The notes: a model not told the origin generated them from the sequence alone. DNA of 64,000 bases from an uncultured Verrucomicrobiae bacterium (GCA_963808535.1 CAWEGF010000025.1:213660-277659), one strand, 5' to 3'; positions 17,374-27,465 are shown, counted from the first letter of the stretch. Numbers and translations are program-made.

Positions 17374-17871
17374 ATGTCTTTCGCATGGCTCCATAAGAAG
17401 ATCTCCCGCCGGGGTTCGATCGTCGCGATCTGCGTTGCGGTCTTGGTCACCATTGCCTGCCTGCAGGTTTCCCTATCAATTTACGAGTCTAAAATTGACG
17501 GGGATACCCCGGAAATCTGCCGGCTTTACCTGGAGCAGAGCGCCTTTGTTCATGACCACTTCGGGAAGTTGCAAGAGGAGCACTTTCTGAGAAGCGAAAG
17601 CACGGCTTTTACCCAAGATCCAAGTTCAGGCACCATGGGGCTTTATACTTTCAAGATTTCAGGAACCAAGGCAAAGGGGACTTTAAAAATGGTCTGGGCC
17701 AGAGAATTGGATAACGGCGCTTTGACGGTCAGTGTTGTGAATATCGTCGACGAAATCCCTCTCTCCAACCCAGTTGAAGCGGATGATCAGAAAGTTGCCG
17801 TCCCGGAACTTTCAGGTCTTCCCACTGGTCAAATAGCGTTAGTCCTTCTAAGCTTGGAGATGATGCACTAG
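17374..17871 (+). CDS. hypothetical membrane-anchored protein
   Basis: I prefer the start MSFAWLHKKISRRGSIVAICVAVLVTIACLQ, giving one N-terminal TM helix followed by a ~130-aa soluble domain. It bears a weak resemblance to Coa1-type assembly proteins; this is unverified. Confidence 0.5.
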   Translation: MSFAWLHKKISRRGSIVAICVAVLVTIACLQVSLSIYESKIDGDTPEICRLYLEQSAFVHDHFGKLQEEHFLRSESTAFTQDPSSGTMGLYTFKISGTKAKGTLKMVWARELDNGALTVSVVNIVDEIPLSNPVEADDQKVAVPELSGLPTGQIALVLLSLEMMH

Positions 17872-19256
17872 GTAACTAAACTCGCCAAGAGAACGCCGGC
17901 TAAACCTAGGATCGAGAGCAAGGTTTCCATGGTGGTCCAATATTTGAAGGTCTCTGCCACCGTTAAGCCGAAGTATTCCTTTACCAGCCAGAAACCAGCA
18001 TCATTCACATGAGAAAGGATGAGCGAGCCTGAGCCCGTCGCCAGGACCAGTAGTTCGCGGTTAACCGTGGTGTTGCCCTGGATCAGCGGAGCCACGATCC
18101 CGGCTCCAGTGATAGTAGCCACGGTGGCCGATCCCGTGGCGATGCGGACGACCGCCGCGGCGGTCCAGGCCAGTAGCAAAGGTGAAAGGTGTGCGTTGGT
18201 CGCCCATTGACCAATGGCATCGGCGATCTTGGTTTCGAGCAAAACTTCTTTGAACCCCCCGCCGGCACCGACAATCAAGATCACCGCGGCGATCGGTTCC
18301 AGACTCCGGTTCAAAGTACGCTGAATTTCATCGAGACTTTCGCCCAAGCGAACCCCCAGGGCGAACACGGCCACGACGACCGTGATAAAAAGCGCCACGA
18401 TAGGGTTGCCAATCACGTCGAGGGTCGCCTTGAGGGAGCCTGGTGTCAGCAAGAGGTCAGCCACCGAACGCCCCATCATCAAGACGGGAGGCAAAAGGAT
18501 TACCAGCAGAACCCCACCAAGGCTCGGGGTCTGATGTACCCTTTCGGCCGTCACCGAGGTGATCTCCTCCGCGGGACTGCTAGCAGACCCGCTGGTCCCT
18601 GCAGCATTCGCGGTAGCCCGGCGCAAACCGAAAAATTTCACCAGTACTGAGGCAAATACTGGTCCCGAAAGCAGCCCGACGGGCAATCCGATGGCTAACG
18701 CATAGAGTATCGTTCGACCGGCGTCAGCGTGGAAGGTGGCGACGGCCAACGTCGGTGCGGGGTGCGGCGGAGTCATCCCATGGGCGATGGAAAGTCCAGC
18801 CAGCATCGGTAAACCGAGACTCAGAATGGGCACCTCCATTTTCTTGGCCATCACGAAGGCCAAAGGGACCAGGAGAACAAAGCCGACTTCGAAAAATAAG
18901 GGTAAGCCGATGAGAAACGCCGCGAAAAAAAGAGTCCAGGGAACGTATTTCCGTCCCCCGATGGAGATCATGGCATTAGCAAACGCATCCGCACCACCGG
19001 AAGAGACTAACAAACCACCTATCATCGTGCCTAGCCCGATGACGATCCCGACAAAACTGAGAATGTCTCCGAAGCCTTTGGAAAACGCCGCAATCGATTG
19101 AACCGGGTCGATCCCACAAGTGACGCCCAATCCCCAAGAGACAATCATCAAGGCGAGAAACGGATGCCATTTGAACCGGGCAACCAGCAGGACCAACAGA
19201 AGGATCCCGACTAACGCCGCCGATAATCGAAACGCTTCTGGGCTCATACGCACCAC
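17868..19256 (-). CDS. GntP-family gluconate/organic acid:H+ symporter
   Basis: 462 aa and highly hydrophobic, with about 12 predicted helices. The N-terminus LLLVLLVARFKWHPFLALMIVSWGLGV and overall length match the GntP family. Confidence 0.8.
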   Translation of the reverse strand: MVRMSPEAFRLSAALVGILLLVLLVARFKWHPFLALMIVSWGLGVTCGIDPVQSIAAFSKGFGDILSFVGIVIGLGTMIGGLLVSSGGADAFANAMISIGGRKYVPWTLFFAAFLIGLPLFFEVGFVLLVPLAFVMAKKMEVPILSLGLPMLAGLSIAHGMTPPHPAPTLAVATFHADAGRTILYALAIGLPVGLLSGPVFASVLVKFFGLRRATANAAGTSGSASSPAEEITSVTAERVHQTPSLGGVLLVILLPPVLMMGRSVADLLLTPGSLKATLDVIGNPIVALFITVVVAVFALGVRLGESLDEIQRTLNRSLEPIAAVILIVGAGGGFKEVLLETKIADAIGQWATNAHLSPLLLAWTAAAVVRIATGSATVATITGAGIVAPLIQGNTTVNRELLVLATGSGSLILSHVNDAGFWLVKEYFGLTVAETFKYWTTMETLLSILGLAGVLLASLVT

Positions 19257-19459
19257 TTCCTTCGAATAGGACGGATGCTAATCCCGACGATTAAAAACCC
19301 CGTGAGATAGAGTAGGCGATCACCGTTCCAGCAATGCGCTAGCCCGCCCGCGGAAAGGCATTCTTGCCAAGCGTCTAGGAAGTCCGGATGGATCGGGCGG
19401 AAAATAATGCCTGATATATTTCAAAAATCCTGCCCCATTCGTCAAGAGCATCTTCGCAG

Positions 19460-20494
19460 CTAACTACCGGCGAAAGGGCGTGGTTGAAGTTCCACTCGCA
19501 ATTCGCTGACTATTTTAAACGAAGCTAGACGTGCAGTGTGGTCGTAGAAATGTCCGGTGACCATTAGTTCATCCGCCTGTGTCTCATCAATAAACGACTG
19601 CAGGCCCTGAAGAACGGTGCTTTTGGAACCGACGGCGGAGTTAGCCAGGGAATGGTCGACCGTAAGTTTTTCCACCGGCAAACAGTAAGCATCAATGTCA
19701 TCGATCGGCGGCGGAACCTGGCCCGGCATTCCACGACGAAGATTGATAAAGGATTGTTGCACGGAAGTGAAGTGGCGGCGGGCTTCCTGATCCGTGTTCG
19801 CGGCGAAGACGTTGACGCCGAGCATGACGTAGGGATGATCAAGTTGGCGCGAAGGTTCGAAGCGAGCGCGATAGATCGAGATCGCCTGGCTCATGGCATC
19901 CGGCGCGAAGTGAGAGGCGAAGGCAAACGGCAGGCCATACATCGCGGCGAGATGCGCGCTGAAAAGACTGGATCCCAGGAGCCAAATCGGAACCCGCAAA
20001 CCGGCTCCCGGGACAGCGCGGATTTTCTGTTCCGGCCCAATCGGCTCGAAGTATGATTGAAGTTCCTGGACATCGGCCGGAAAACTATCAGCACTTGAGG
20101 CCAGGTCGCGCCGCAACGCGCGGGCGGTCAGCATGTCGGTGCCAGGAGCGCGCCCAAGTCCCAATTCAATTCGACCCGGATAAAGGGAGGCGAGAGTACC
20201 GAATTGTTCGGCAACCACCAGCGGCGAATGGTTCGGCAACATGATGCCGCCCGAACCTACCCGGATTGATTTCGTCCCACCGGCCACATAACCGATCACG
20301 ACTGCGGTCGCAGCGCTCGCGATCCCAGCCATGTTGTGGTGTTCTGCCAACCAATAACGGTGATAACCCCAATCTTCCGCGTGCTGCGCTAGATCGAGCG
20401 AATTACGGAGAGCGTCTCCTGGCGTCAGGCCTTTGGGCACCGGCGACAGATCCAGGATCGACAATGGGAATGATTGATCTCGGTGAAGAGACAT
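19460..20494 (-). CDS. LLM-class (luciferase-like) flavin-dependent oxidoreductase
   Basis: I prefer the start [19 protein letters not shown]. Motifs [12 protein letters not shown] and [22 protein letters not shown] are typical of the group-1 luciferase-family oxidoreductases. The upstream 57 codons of the track ORF look non-coding. Confidence 0.8.
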   Translation of the reverse strand: MSLHRDQSFPLSILDLSPVPKGLTPGDALRNSLDLAQHAEDWGYHRYWLAEHHNMAGIASAATAVVIGYVAGGTKSIRVGSGGIMLPNHSPLVVAEQFGTLASLYPGRIELGLGRAPGTDMLTARALRRDLASSADSFPADVQELQSYFEPIGPEQKIRAVPGAGLRVPIWLLGSSLFSAHLAAMYGLPFAFASHFAPDAMSQAISIYRARFEPSRQLDHPYVMLGVNVFAANTDQEARRHFTSVQQSFINLRRGMPGQVPPPIDDIDAYCLPVEKLTVDHSLANSAVGSKSTVLQGLQSFIDETQADELMVTGHFYDHTARLASFKIVSELRVELQPRPFAGS

Positions 20495-20691
20495 AGGTAT
20501 GCGTAGCTGGTTAACCAATCCGGGAAGGTTCAGCCCGGCGCAAGCCGCCTTCGCTTGGTTTTTAGAAAGATTTCCTGCGGCGTGAGCAAGCAAGGAATTC
20601 CAGAGCGTAACCGCATCTTGACTACGCCGGGCTTCGTACGGAAAATTGGGACCGACAAGTAACATTCACCCTCACCCCCTCCTTCTTTTTT

Positions 20692-21735
20692 ATGATCAGG
20701 CATTTTCCCGGTCTTAGGTGGACTTCGATTTTTAGTCCTTGCGCGCTTCTGGTGTGCGGTTTTTTTTCGACGGTCGCTAGCTCCCACGCGCAAATCCGCA
20801 CCGAAACGCAGCAACCTTATCCGACTGGAGGAAACAGTGTCGCCTGGATTGCCAACATTCCCTATGTCAAGGGAGGCGGGCCCCAGCAGCAACTGGACCT
20901 TTACATTCCAACGGAGCACAAGAACACCCCGCTCGTCGTCTTTGTTCACGGGGGTGGTTACGAACACGGTGATAAATTTGGCGACAGCTTGAACCCCAAC
21001 AATCTTCAACTTCTCTGGGACGGTTATGCGATGGCTTCGATCAATTATCGATTAGCCCCAGCCGCCACCTGGCCGGCGCAAATCCTGGATTGCAAAGCCG
21101 CCATCAGGTGGCTCAGGGCCCACGCGCAAGACTACGGCTACGACGCGAGTCGGATGGCGGTCATGGGAGAATCAGCTGGCGGCCAATTAGTGGCCATGCT
21201 CGGTACCACCAGCGGCAGCAAAACCTTTGATGAGGGAGAGAATCTCGATTCCTCAAGTGAGGTCACTTGCGTCGTCGATCTGTTCGGCCCAGCAGATTTT
21301 ACCGTTTTTGACGGTAAATTTTCTTTTATCGGAGGAGCTCCCAAGGACCACCTCGATCTAGCCCGATCAGCGAGTCCGATCAACTATGTCCATGCTGGGC
21401 AGCCCCCAATGATGGTGGTACATGGAACTGGCGATCAGCTGGTGCCCTATATCCAAGCCGAACTTTTAGTAGGAGCGATGGATAAAGTCGGGGCTTCTTA
21501 CTATTTTCGCACCGTGGTTGGGGGCGGCCACAATCCCTATTTCGGTCTAAAATTTGACGCCACTGGCAGCAGCTTTAACTCCGGCGGCGGAGGGATCGGG
21601 TTATTTGAAGATCCGATGGTCGAGCCGCTCATCAAAGCTTTTTTGCATCACTATCTTATCGACGGACGGAAAGATCTCTTCACTGGTGTTGAGGTGACTC
21701 AACCGGAGGGAAGTTGCCAGGGTTGCTCCAAATAA
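20692..21735 (+). CDS. secreted alpha/beta-hydrolase (carboxylesterase/lipase type)
   Basis: A signal-like N-terminus is followed by the oxyanion HGGGY, the nucleophile elbow GESAGG, and C-terminal HGTGDQLVP and GGGHN. Confidence 0.8.
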   Translation: MIRHFPGLRWTSIFSPCALLVCGFFSTVASSHAQIRTETQQPYPTGGNSVAWIANIPYVKGGGPQQQLDLYIPTEHKNTPLVVFVHGGGYEHGDKFGDSLNPNNLQLLWDGYAMASINYRLAPAATWPAQILDCKAAIRWLRAHAQDYGYDASRMAVMGESAGGQLVAMLGTTSGSKTFDEGENLDSSSEVTCVVDLFGPADFTVFDGKFSFIGGAPKDHLDLARSASPINYVHAGQPPMMVVHGTGDQLVPYIQAELLVGAMDKVGASYYFRTVVGGGHNPYFGLKFDATGSSFNSGGGGIGLFEDPMVEPLIKAFLHHYLIDGRKDLFTGVEVTQPEGSCQGCSK

Positions 21736-21741
21736 CCGCCT

Positions 21742-22692
21742 TCACGTGAAATAGTACCGGGTCAGATGGAAAAAAACCGGTGCCGCGAAACAAAGGGAGT
21801 CAATCCGATCCATCATGCCGCCATGGCCGGGGATCATGCTCCCATAGTCTTTCACTCCGCGGTCACGCTTGATGGCGGACATGACCAATCCGCCGCAAAA
21901 TCCCATCAGCGCGATAATCAGCGACAACACTGCGGATTGCCAGGGACGAAATGGGGTCAGCCACCAGAGTAAGGTTCCGATCAACACCGCGCCAGCCACT
22001 CCGCCGACGAAACCTTCAATGGTCTTATTTGGACTGATTTTCGGCGCGATTGGAAGGCGGCCAAAGCACTTCCCGCAGACATATTGCAGAACGTCACTAA
22101 GCTGGACGACGGCCACGAGGAAAATAAGTAGATTGGCGTTTTGCCGTTCGTACCCAGGGATTTTTAGACTGAGAAGAGCGGGTGCATAGCTGACAAAATA
22201 AACGCACACCATGAGTCCCCATTGAATCTTTGCCGTGCGAGCCAGGAAGTCTTTGCAATCTCCCGCGAATGCGCTGCGGATGGGAACCAGCAGGTAGGCA
22301 TAAACAGGAATGAGAATGCTGAACAACCCGTACCAGCGAATGCCGATCAAAATGTACTGCAACGGCGTGACGACGAAAAAAGCCCAAAAGAGGATTCGAT
22401 GATCGGCACGCTGGGTCGGGGTAAGGGTGATGTATTCGCGCAAGGCCAGAAAAGAAATTAAGCCAAAGAGAATCAATGAACCAATGTTGCCAGCCAGGAT
22501 GGCGATCAGAAAAATGACTGCCATCAGCCACCACGCCCGGATCCGAGCGTTCAGATTTTCCACCACTTCGAGGGCTTTTGCGGTCTTGCTTCTCCATTGC
22601 AAGATCTGGCCGACAACCGAAGCGACGACCAGCAACGCAAAGACGCCAATCATCACTGCATTCAATTTATAATCCCAAACGGGCGCCGTCAT
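21742..22692 (-). CDS. cdsA: phosphatidate cytidylyltransferase
   Basis: The C-terminal signature SAIKRDRGVKDYGSMIPGHGGMMDRIDS is present. I prefer the start MTAPVWDY, which gives an ATGA overlap with the upstream plsC-like gene. Confidence 0.85.
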   Translation of the reverse strand: MTAPVWDYKLNAVMIGVFALLVVASVVGQILQWRSKTAKALEVVENLNARIRAWWLMAVIFLIAILAGNIGSLILFGLISFLALREYITLTPTQRADHRILFWAFFVVTPLQYILIGIRWYGLFSILIPVYAYLLVPIRSAFAGDCKDFLARTAKIQWGLMVCVYFVSYAPALLSLKIPGYERQNANLLIFLVAVVQLSDVLQYVCGKCFGRLPIAPKISPNKTIEGFVGGVAGAVLIGTLLWWLTPFRPWQSAVLSLIIALMGFCGGLVMSAIKRDRGVKDYGSMIPGHGGMMDRIDSLCFAAPVFFHLTRYYFT

Positions 22693-23387
22693 ACTTGGCC
22701 GCAGTCTTCTACTGCTGCACGCGCCCGAGCCAAAAAAGCGTTCTTCGACTCTCCAGGTGACAGACGCATCGGTTCGCCAAAATTTACGGAACAAAGCAGA
22801 GGAATGGGCAAAAATTCTCCTTTCGGCAGGACGCGATTGACGTTGTCGATGTAGACGGGAACCAAGTCCACCATAGGCGCGGCTTTACCGAGATAGTAAA
22901 GACCACTTTTAAAGGGTCTCATTTCAGGTTCGGTCGTTCGACCCCCTTCAGGGAAAATAATGAGTGATTCACCAGCCAGCAATAGCGGAATGAGTTGGTC
23001 CATCGGGTTGTTGGCGCGAGTGACTTTGTGACGCTCGATTAAAACTCCCCGAAAAACCGAATTGGCGAGGAACAACCGAAAACGACCGGCTCGCCAATAG
23101 TCACTGGCGGCGACGGGGCGCGTCCTTCGTCGTGCCTCGTTAGGTAAGACCGACCAGAGGACCAGGAAATCCAGGTTGCTGGTATGATTGGCAAAATAGA
23201 CTCGCTGCGTCGCATCCGGGAGGCATCCGAGCCACCGAGCTTGCACACCGCTGAAAATGCGGACGCCGACGGCGAGGATTTCCGCGATCATGTTGCCGCT
23301 GGTATGCTTTGAGGGTTCGATTTCTTCAATCAAATTATGATCACCACGCCGATCGAATAAAGTCTTCCAACTCTGCCAGCTCGTCAT
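22689..23387 (-). CDS. plsC: 1-acyl-sn-glycerol-3-phosphate acyltransferase family protein
   Basis: The HX4D motif FANHTSNLDF and the IFPEGGRT block are present. The 406-aa track ORF extends antisense into the SDR gene. I trimmed it to the ATG at 23387 (MTSWQSW). Confidence 0.75.
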   Translation of the reverse strand: MTSWQSWKTLFDRRGDHNLIEEIEPSKHTSGNMIAEILAVGVRIFSGVQARWLGCLPDATQRVYFANHTSNLDFLVLWSVLPNEARRRTRPVAASDYWRAGRFRLFLANSVFRGVLIERHKVTRANNPMDQLIPLLLAGESLIIFPEGGRTTEPEMRPFKSGLYYLGKAAPMVDLVPVYIDNVNRVLPKGEFLPIPLLCSVNFGEPMRLSPGESKNAFLARARAAVEDCGQV

Positions 23388-23408
23388 TAGCGTTTTAAGA
23401 CGACATCG

Positions 23409-24188
23409 ATGAAAGAACCACAGCTGAAAGGCAAGGTGGCCGTCGTCACGGGTGGCGCTCGCGGGATTGGACGCGCGATTGGCGAACGTTATGCCGCGGA
23501 AGGCGCTACGGTCGTGGTGGCGGATCTTGACCTGTACGATGGTCAGACCACCGCCAAAGCGATAGGCAAATCCGCCTTCGCCATTCAACTCGATGTCACG
23601 AGGCAAGATTCCATTGACCACATGGTGGAGAGCGTGGTCGCGGTGACCGGCGTCATCGATATTCTGGTCAACAATGCAGGCTACTTTGATATGGGGCCGC
23701 TTCTCGAAATTACGCCGCAGAGTTTCGACCAAGTATTTTCCGATAACGTTAAGGGCCTGTTTTTCACCCTGCAGGCGGTGGCCCGACAGATGGTGAAACA
23801 AGGCCACGGCGGAAAAATTATTAACATTGCTTCCCAAGCGGGCCGCCGCGGCGAAGCCCTGGCATTGGTTTACTGCGCCAGCAAAGCCGCGGTGATCAGC
23901 ATCACCCAATCAGCTGGACTGGCCCTGATCAAAGAGCGGATCAATGTGAACGGGATCTCCCCGGGGGTGGTCGATACCCCGATGTGGGACAGGGTGGACT
24001 CTCTGTTTGCCAAATACGAGCATCGTCCCGTTGGCGAGAAAAAACGCCTCGTAGGCGAGGCTGTCCCCTACGGACGGATGGGAATTCCGGAAGACCACGC
24101 TGGGGCGGCCGTTTTCTTAGCTTCCGCCGACAGTGACTATATCGTCGCCCAAACGCTCAACGTGGACGGAGGCAATTGGATGAGCTGA
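23409..24188 (+). CDS. short-chain dehydrogenase/reductase (sorbitol/polyol dehydrogenase-like)
   Basis: 259 aa. Motifs TGGARGIG, NNAG and YCASKAA (YxxxK) are present, along with the PGVVDTPMW tail typical of polyol-type SDRs. Confidence 0.85.
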   Translation: MKEPQLKGKVAVVTGGARGIGRAIGERYAAEGATVVVADLDLYDGQTTAKAIGKSAFAIQLDVTRQDSIDHMVESVVAVTGVIDILVNNAGYFDMGPLLEITPQSFDQVFSDNVKGLFFTLQAVARQMVKQGHGGKIINIASQAGRRGEALALVYCASKAAVISITQSAGLALIKERINVNGISPGVVDTPMWDRVDSLFAKYEHRPVGEKKRLVGEAVPYGRMGIPEDHAGAAVFLASADSDYIVAQTLNVDGGNWMS

Positions 24189-24400
24189 GGGCACAGAGGT
24201 GAGGTGGAGGGCACGGAGGAATTGGATTTACCACAGAGACGCAGAGAACACGGAGTTCAGATTTAAATTAGGAAAATTCGGATTTGCGTAATCTGTCAAA
24301 GTCGGTCGGGGATTCAATGTTCCGTCCGAAACTCCGTGCCCTCTGTGTCTCTGTGGTAAATCAGATTTCTCTGTGTCCTCTGCCTCACCTCTGTGCCCTC
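24187..24400. repeat. complete inverted-repeat copy of the CCACAGAGACACAGAG element family
   Basis: The left arm gagggcacagaggtgaggtggagggcacggaggaattggatttaccacagagacgcagagaacacggagtt is mirrored by aactccgtgccctctgtgtctctgtggtaaatcagatttctctgtgtcctctgcctcacctctgtgccctc. Confidence 0.85.
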
Positions 24401-24650
24401 ACTCCCGTTCGTCTCGCCCGAGCAAATCGCAAAGAATCTCCACGACAAGTTGGTGATCCGCACCAAATCCGAATTTCCTAATTCAAATCCGAAACTCCGC
24501 GTTCTCTGTGTCTCTGTGGTAAATCAGATTTCTCTGTGTCCTCTCCCCCACCTCTGCGCCCTCACTCCCCGGCTAGAGCGAATTCTCGCTCGTCTCGCCC
24601 GAGCAAATCGCAAAGAACCTCCACGACAAGTTCGTGGTCCGCACGCTGCG
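24325..24650. repeat. 163-bp tandem duplication (repeat-element arm plus the 3' coding end of the UPF0303 gene)
   Basis: The unit starting tccgaaactccg... occurs at 24325 and again at 24488. Both copies contain cgtctcgcccgagcaaatcgcaaagaa(t/c)ctccacgacaagtt. Confidence 0.8.
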
Positions 24651-25059
24651 GTAAACCGGACACCGTGACAGAACCAATTATTCCGGCTCCCGCCACTTTT
24701 AACGGGAAAGATCCGCCATGCGCCGCGTAATCGACTGACGAGAGCTCATAGGTGTCTGCCAAGGTCGACTTAGCCTCTTTCAGAGCCAGCCCAATCGCAT
24801 AGGAACTACGATGAAATCGCGCCACCAGGTTTCCTTTGCGCCTTACCCATTCAACATTGTCCGGAGTGCTGCCGGCCAAAGCGCTGTAAAAGAGCGGTTG
24901 GCCGAACCTTTTTATTTCAATCGCCACCGGAAACCGCCGGGTCGATGCTACTTCGCGCAATCGTGATCCCAGTTTCCAGGCCATCTCTTCGTCGAATTCC
25001 GGAAATACCAGTTCCCGCTCTTGTTTGCTAATCATCTCAAGATCTTGGCTCAGGCTCAT
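24562..25059 (-). CDS. heme-degrading-domain protein (UPF0303 / GlcG-like)
   Basis: 165 aa. [40 protein letters not shown] and [33 protein letters not shown] match the UPF0303 family pattern. Confidence 0.7.
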   Translation of the reverse strand: MSLSQDLEMISKQERELVFPEFDEEMAWKLGSRLREVASTRRFPVAIEIKRFGQPLFYSALAGSTPDNVEWVRRKGNLVARFHRSSYAIGLALKEAKSTLADTYELSSVDYAAHGGSFPLKVAGAGIIGSVTVSGLPQRADHELVVEVLCDLLGRDEREFALAGE

Positions 25060-25363
25060 CGGGCAGAGATTTTAAGCTTATTTGTGAAAGAAAACCTACA
25101 GATTTCACCATTAGTTCCATTGGCAAATGCACGAAATAGTCTTCGATTTCGGGCTTGTCAGATTAACCAACTACAAGCCAGTTTTATGAAAACCGTAAAA
25201 ACCTCCATTTTCAGTCATTGTCTCGATCTGGACCTTCGCTTGAGCTCCATTTTTTTCCTGTCGAACCGGACAGAAAACTTTCTGGACGACCTTTGGTGCC
25301 GCAGCGATCGGTTATTTCGCCTTCTCTTCCGCGTCTCTCGCTCATGGCGGTGGCAGCGGCCAT

Positions 25364-25849
25364 ATGTCTGGCCAAGGTCACCAGGGACCCCCTTCGCACC
25401 ACGAATGGCACTACAGTGACCCGTTCTGGGGAGGCTGGTATCCCGGCTACGCGGGAACTTACGATTCTAACTACTCCTATACTCCAACCCCGGCCCAGGC
25501 GACGGCGGCCCAACAATGCGTCAAAGACTACTTGGTGGCCATTCAGAAAGGGAAGCGTCGCCCGGCCACTCACCGCTATATTGCGGTCGAAACACTCAGA
25601 CCGACCAACAAGCAACTCGAAGACTACCAAAAAAAGCAAGCGAACGCCAAATCCGCCGCCTCAAACGGAACTCAAATGTCGAACCGTTGGGTGCCGCCAA
25701 GCCAACTTCGATGCGTGATGGTGTTTGACACTCAGTCAAACCAATTTGTCGGCTCCGGCTGTTACGTCATCGCCAATCCACCCCCGAAAGGCACAGTGGC
25801 GAAATACGATGCCTTCAGCGCGGAATATGTCGGGTTGCAGGCCCTTTGA
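25364..25849 (+). CDS. hypothetical protein (possibly secreted; true start may be ATG 25186 across a T7 frameshift)
   Basis: 161-aa ORF. The same frame is open upstream and encodes a signal-like KTFWTTFGAAAIGYFAFSSASLAHG, but with no start codon. ATG 25186 lies in the -1 frame relative to it, upstream of the T7 run at 25250-25256. Confidence 0.5.
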   Translation: MSGQGHQGPPSHHEWHYSDPFWGGWYPGYAGTYDSNYSYTPTPAQATAAQQCVKDYLVAIQKGKRRPATHRYIAVETLRPTNKQLEDYQKKQANAKSAASNGTQMSNRWVPPSQLRCVMVFDTQSNQFVGSGCYVIANPPPKGTVAKYDAFSAEYVGLQAL

Positions 25850-25939
25850 ACTCTGACCACCGCTTTCCTCCCTGTGAGGTGTTGCCAAGCCGAGCGCGAG
25901 TAGCTCGCCAGTTTAGCGCTTCACCCTTTCCGCTTCTGC

Positions 25940-25971
25940 TAGTGCACCAAGTCAGTGACTGGTGTACTAGC
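25940..25971. repeat. solo copy of the GTGCACCAAGTCAGTGACTGGTGTA motif, forming an imperfect 32-nt hairpin between convergent genes
   Basis: ctagtgcaccaagtcagtgactggtgtactag is self-complementary except for one position in the arms. The same 25-mer forms the termini of the element at 58263-58552. Confidence 0.6.
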
Positions 25972-26446
25972 GCTGGTAAAATCGCTCGGGCAACATCGAC
26001 GTTGCGAATGAAATATGGGTCGAGTCCCAGTTCAGCTTGTCCACCAAATATGGACCCCCGCCGTCGACCTTATAAACGCGCGGGTAACTGCAGGTATCAA
26101 TCACTCGGACACTGCCGTTCCCTGCGTGTAGACAATGCCCTTGGAAAACGACCACGTTATTCACCAGAATCGTGGCGTCCGCTTCCCCTCTCAGGCGGCT
26201 CCACCAAAATCGGATCTCGCCTCCAGCCTTACCTACATCCCAGGTTTGTTCGAACTCGGAGGTTTCCCGGCCCAGTTTACCGGTTGATTGCGTAAAGTGA
26301 CCAGCGCTCTTTATTTTCCATTCCTCGAAATCGTCCGTGGCGATATTTCGTAGAATCAGCGTTACCTCTGCCGCTGCTGCTTGGTGGGGAAATAAGGTGT
26401 GGGCGAGGGTTGCTGCCAGAAAGGCAACGAACAGAATCGGTTTCAT
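25967..26446 (-). CDS. secreted hypothetical protein
   Basis: 159 aa with signal peptide MKPILFVAFLAATLAHTLFPHQAAAAE. I recognise no family. Confidence 0.65.
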   Translation of the reverse strand: MKPILFVAFLAATLAHTLFPHQAAAAEVTLILRNIATDDFEEWKIKSAGHFTQSTGKLGRETSEFEQTWDVGKAGGEIRFWWSRLRGEADATILVNNVVVFQGHCLHAGNGSVRVIDTCSYPRVYKVDGGGPYLVDKLNWDSTHISFATSMLPERFYQR

Positions 26447-26656
26447 ATGTAATCAAGAGATCGAAATGCCGGTACCCCCATTATGCCAGACTTCAGGAGA
26501 AAGAGTAGCGCATCGTCTAATTAAGGAAAGGCGACCGACGTCGGCAATGCACGAGGGCAGCAAAAATCGTCGGGGGTCCATCCCCCGACGATCTGCTGCC
26601 CTATGGTGCGAGGTAAAGTTTGAAAGATCTGTCTTAATTCCTGCTTAGTAACCGTT

Positions 26657-27297
26657 TTATTTAACTTTAATAAGTGGGCCCGCCAAGTCTGGAAAATTGC
26701 TGGTGTTGAGGACTTGCACGCCCGCGTTATGCTCTCCGTTAAAGGGGGTCACGTTCCCCGGCCCACCTGCCTTCACGGCGTCCAACGGCGAGTTGAACCA
26801 AAGACCGAGGTGGTAAGTGTGAATGGGTGAGGTTTTTGGATTCAGTGAGCCATCCGGAAAGGCATTGTTGAAAACTATCGGAGCGGGAGCAGTCCCAGGT
26901 GCCACAATGAAGGTCTCTATATTAAAACGGCCAACGAAGCGGCCATATCCCACGCCGAAGCGGTTGGTCTCGATATCTCCCTGGTACCAGGATAGTCCGA
27001 AGGGGGTATTTGGCACCTGGATCACGAAGAAGTCAAAATCCGTATTCGGGGGTAATCCCCACACTTTAACTTCCATTAATTCGACCGCACCGACGGATTC
27101 GACGGTCACTCTGCCATGGGCATTTGGCACAAACTTAGGAACACTGTTCAGAGCGGGCGAACGCACAAGGTCAAATCTAAGATCGTCATTGTCGTTGGCC
27201 ATGGCCGGTGTGGAAGCCAAGGTGGCCATGGCTAAGCCGCCAGCGCCAGCCTTTTTGGTTTCAGTAGTTGTTTTGAGATCACAGAATGAATTTTCAT
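26657..27297 (-). CDS. secreted hypothetical protein; the signal peptide is split from the body by an apparent 1-nt deletion near 27232-27240
   Basis: The track ORF starts MATLASTPAMANDND and lacks an n-region. A 21-codon ORF from ATG 27297 reads MKIHSVISKQLLKPKRLALAA, then stop. Adding one base in gcggcttagcc gives MKIHSVISKQLLKPKRLALAALAMATLASTPAMA/NDND, a canonical Sec signal. Confidence 0.6.
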
Positions 27298-27465
27298 CTA
27301 GTTGGTGGTTGTTCGATTGAGGTAGCTATTGGTTGAAGTGAAGACCGTTGGGTAACGCTCTTCGGCGAGCCACCGACCTTCAGAACCCGTACAACGAGAT
27401 TTCGAACGGAGAGTTTCAGAAGAACGCCAACTTTGTTGCGATCCGGTTGGCCAGACTCCGAGCGG

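Noticed and set aside
19257-19459. GGAAGTCCGG string resembling the RNase P RNA P4 region
   Set aside because: The intergenic region is only ~200 bp. The flanking sequence does not match the rest of the RNase P consensus (GAGGAAAGTCCGGGC), and there is no second conserved block.
23388-23909. N-terminal 174 codons of the 406-aa minus-strand ORF 22689-23909
   Set aside because: This part is antisense to the well-supported SDR gene (23409-24188) and has no acyltransferase similarity. The acyltransferase domain begins after the ATG at 23387.
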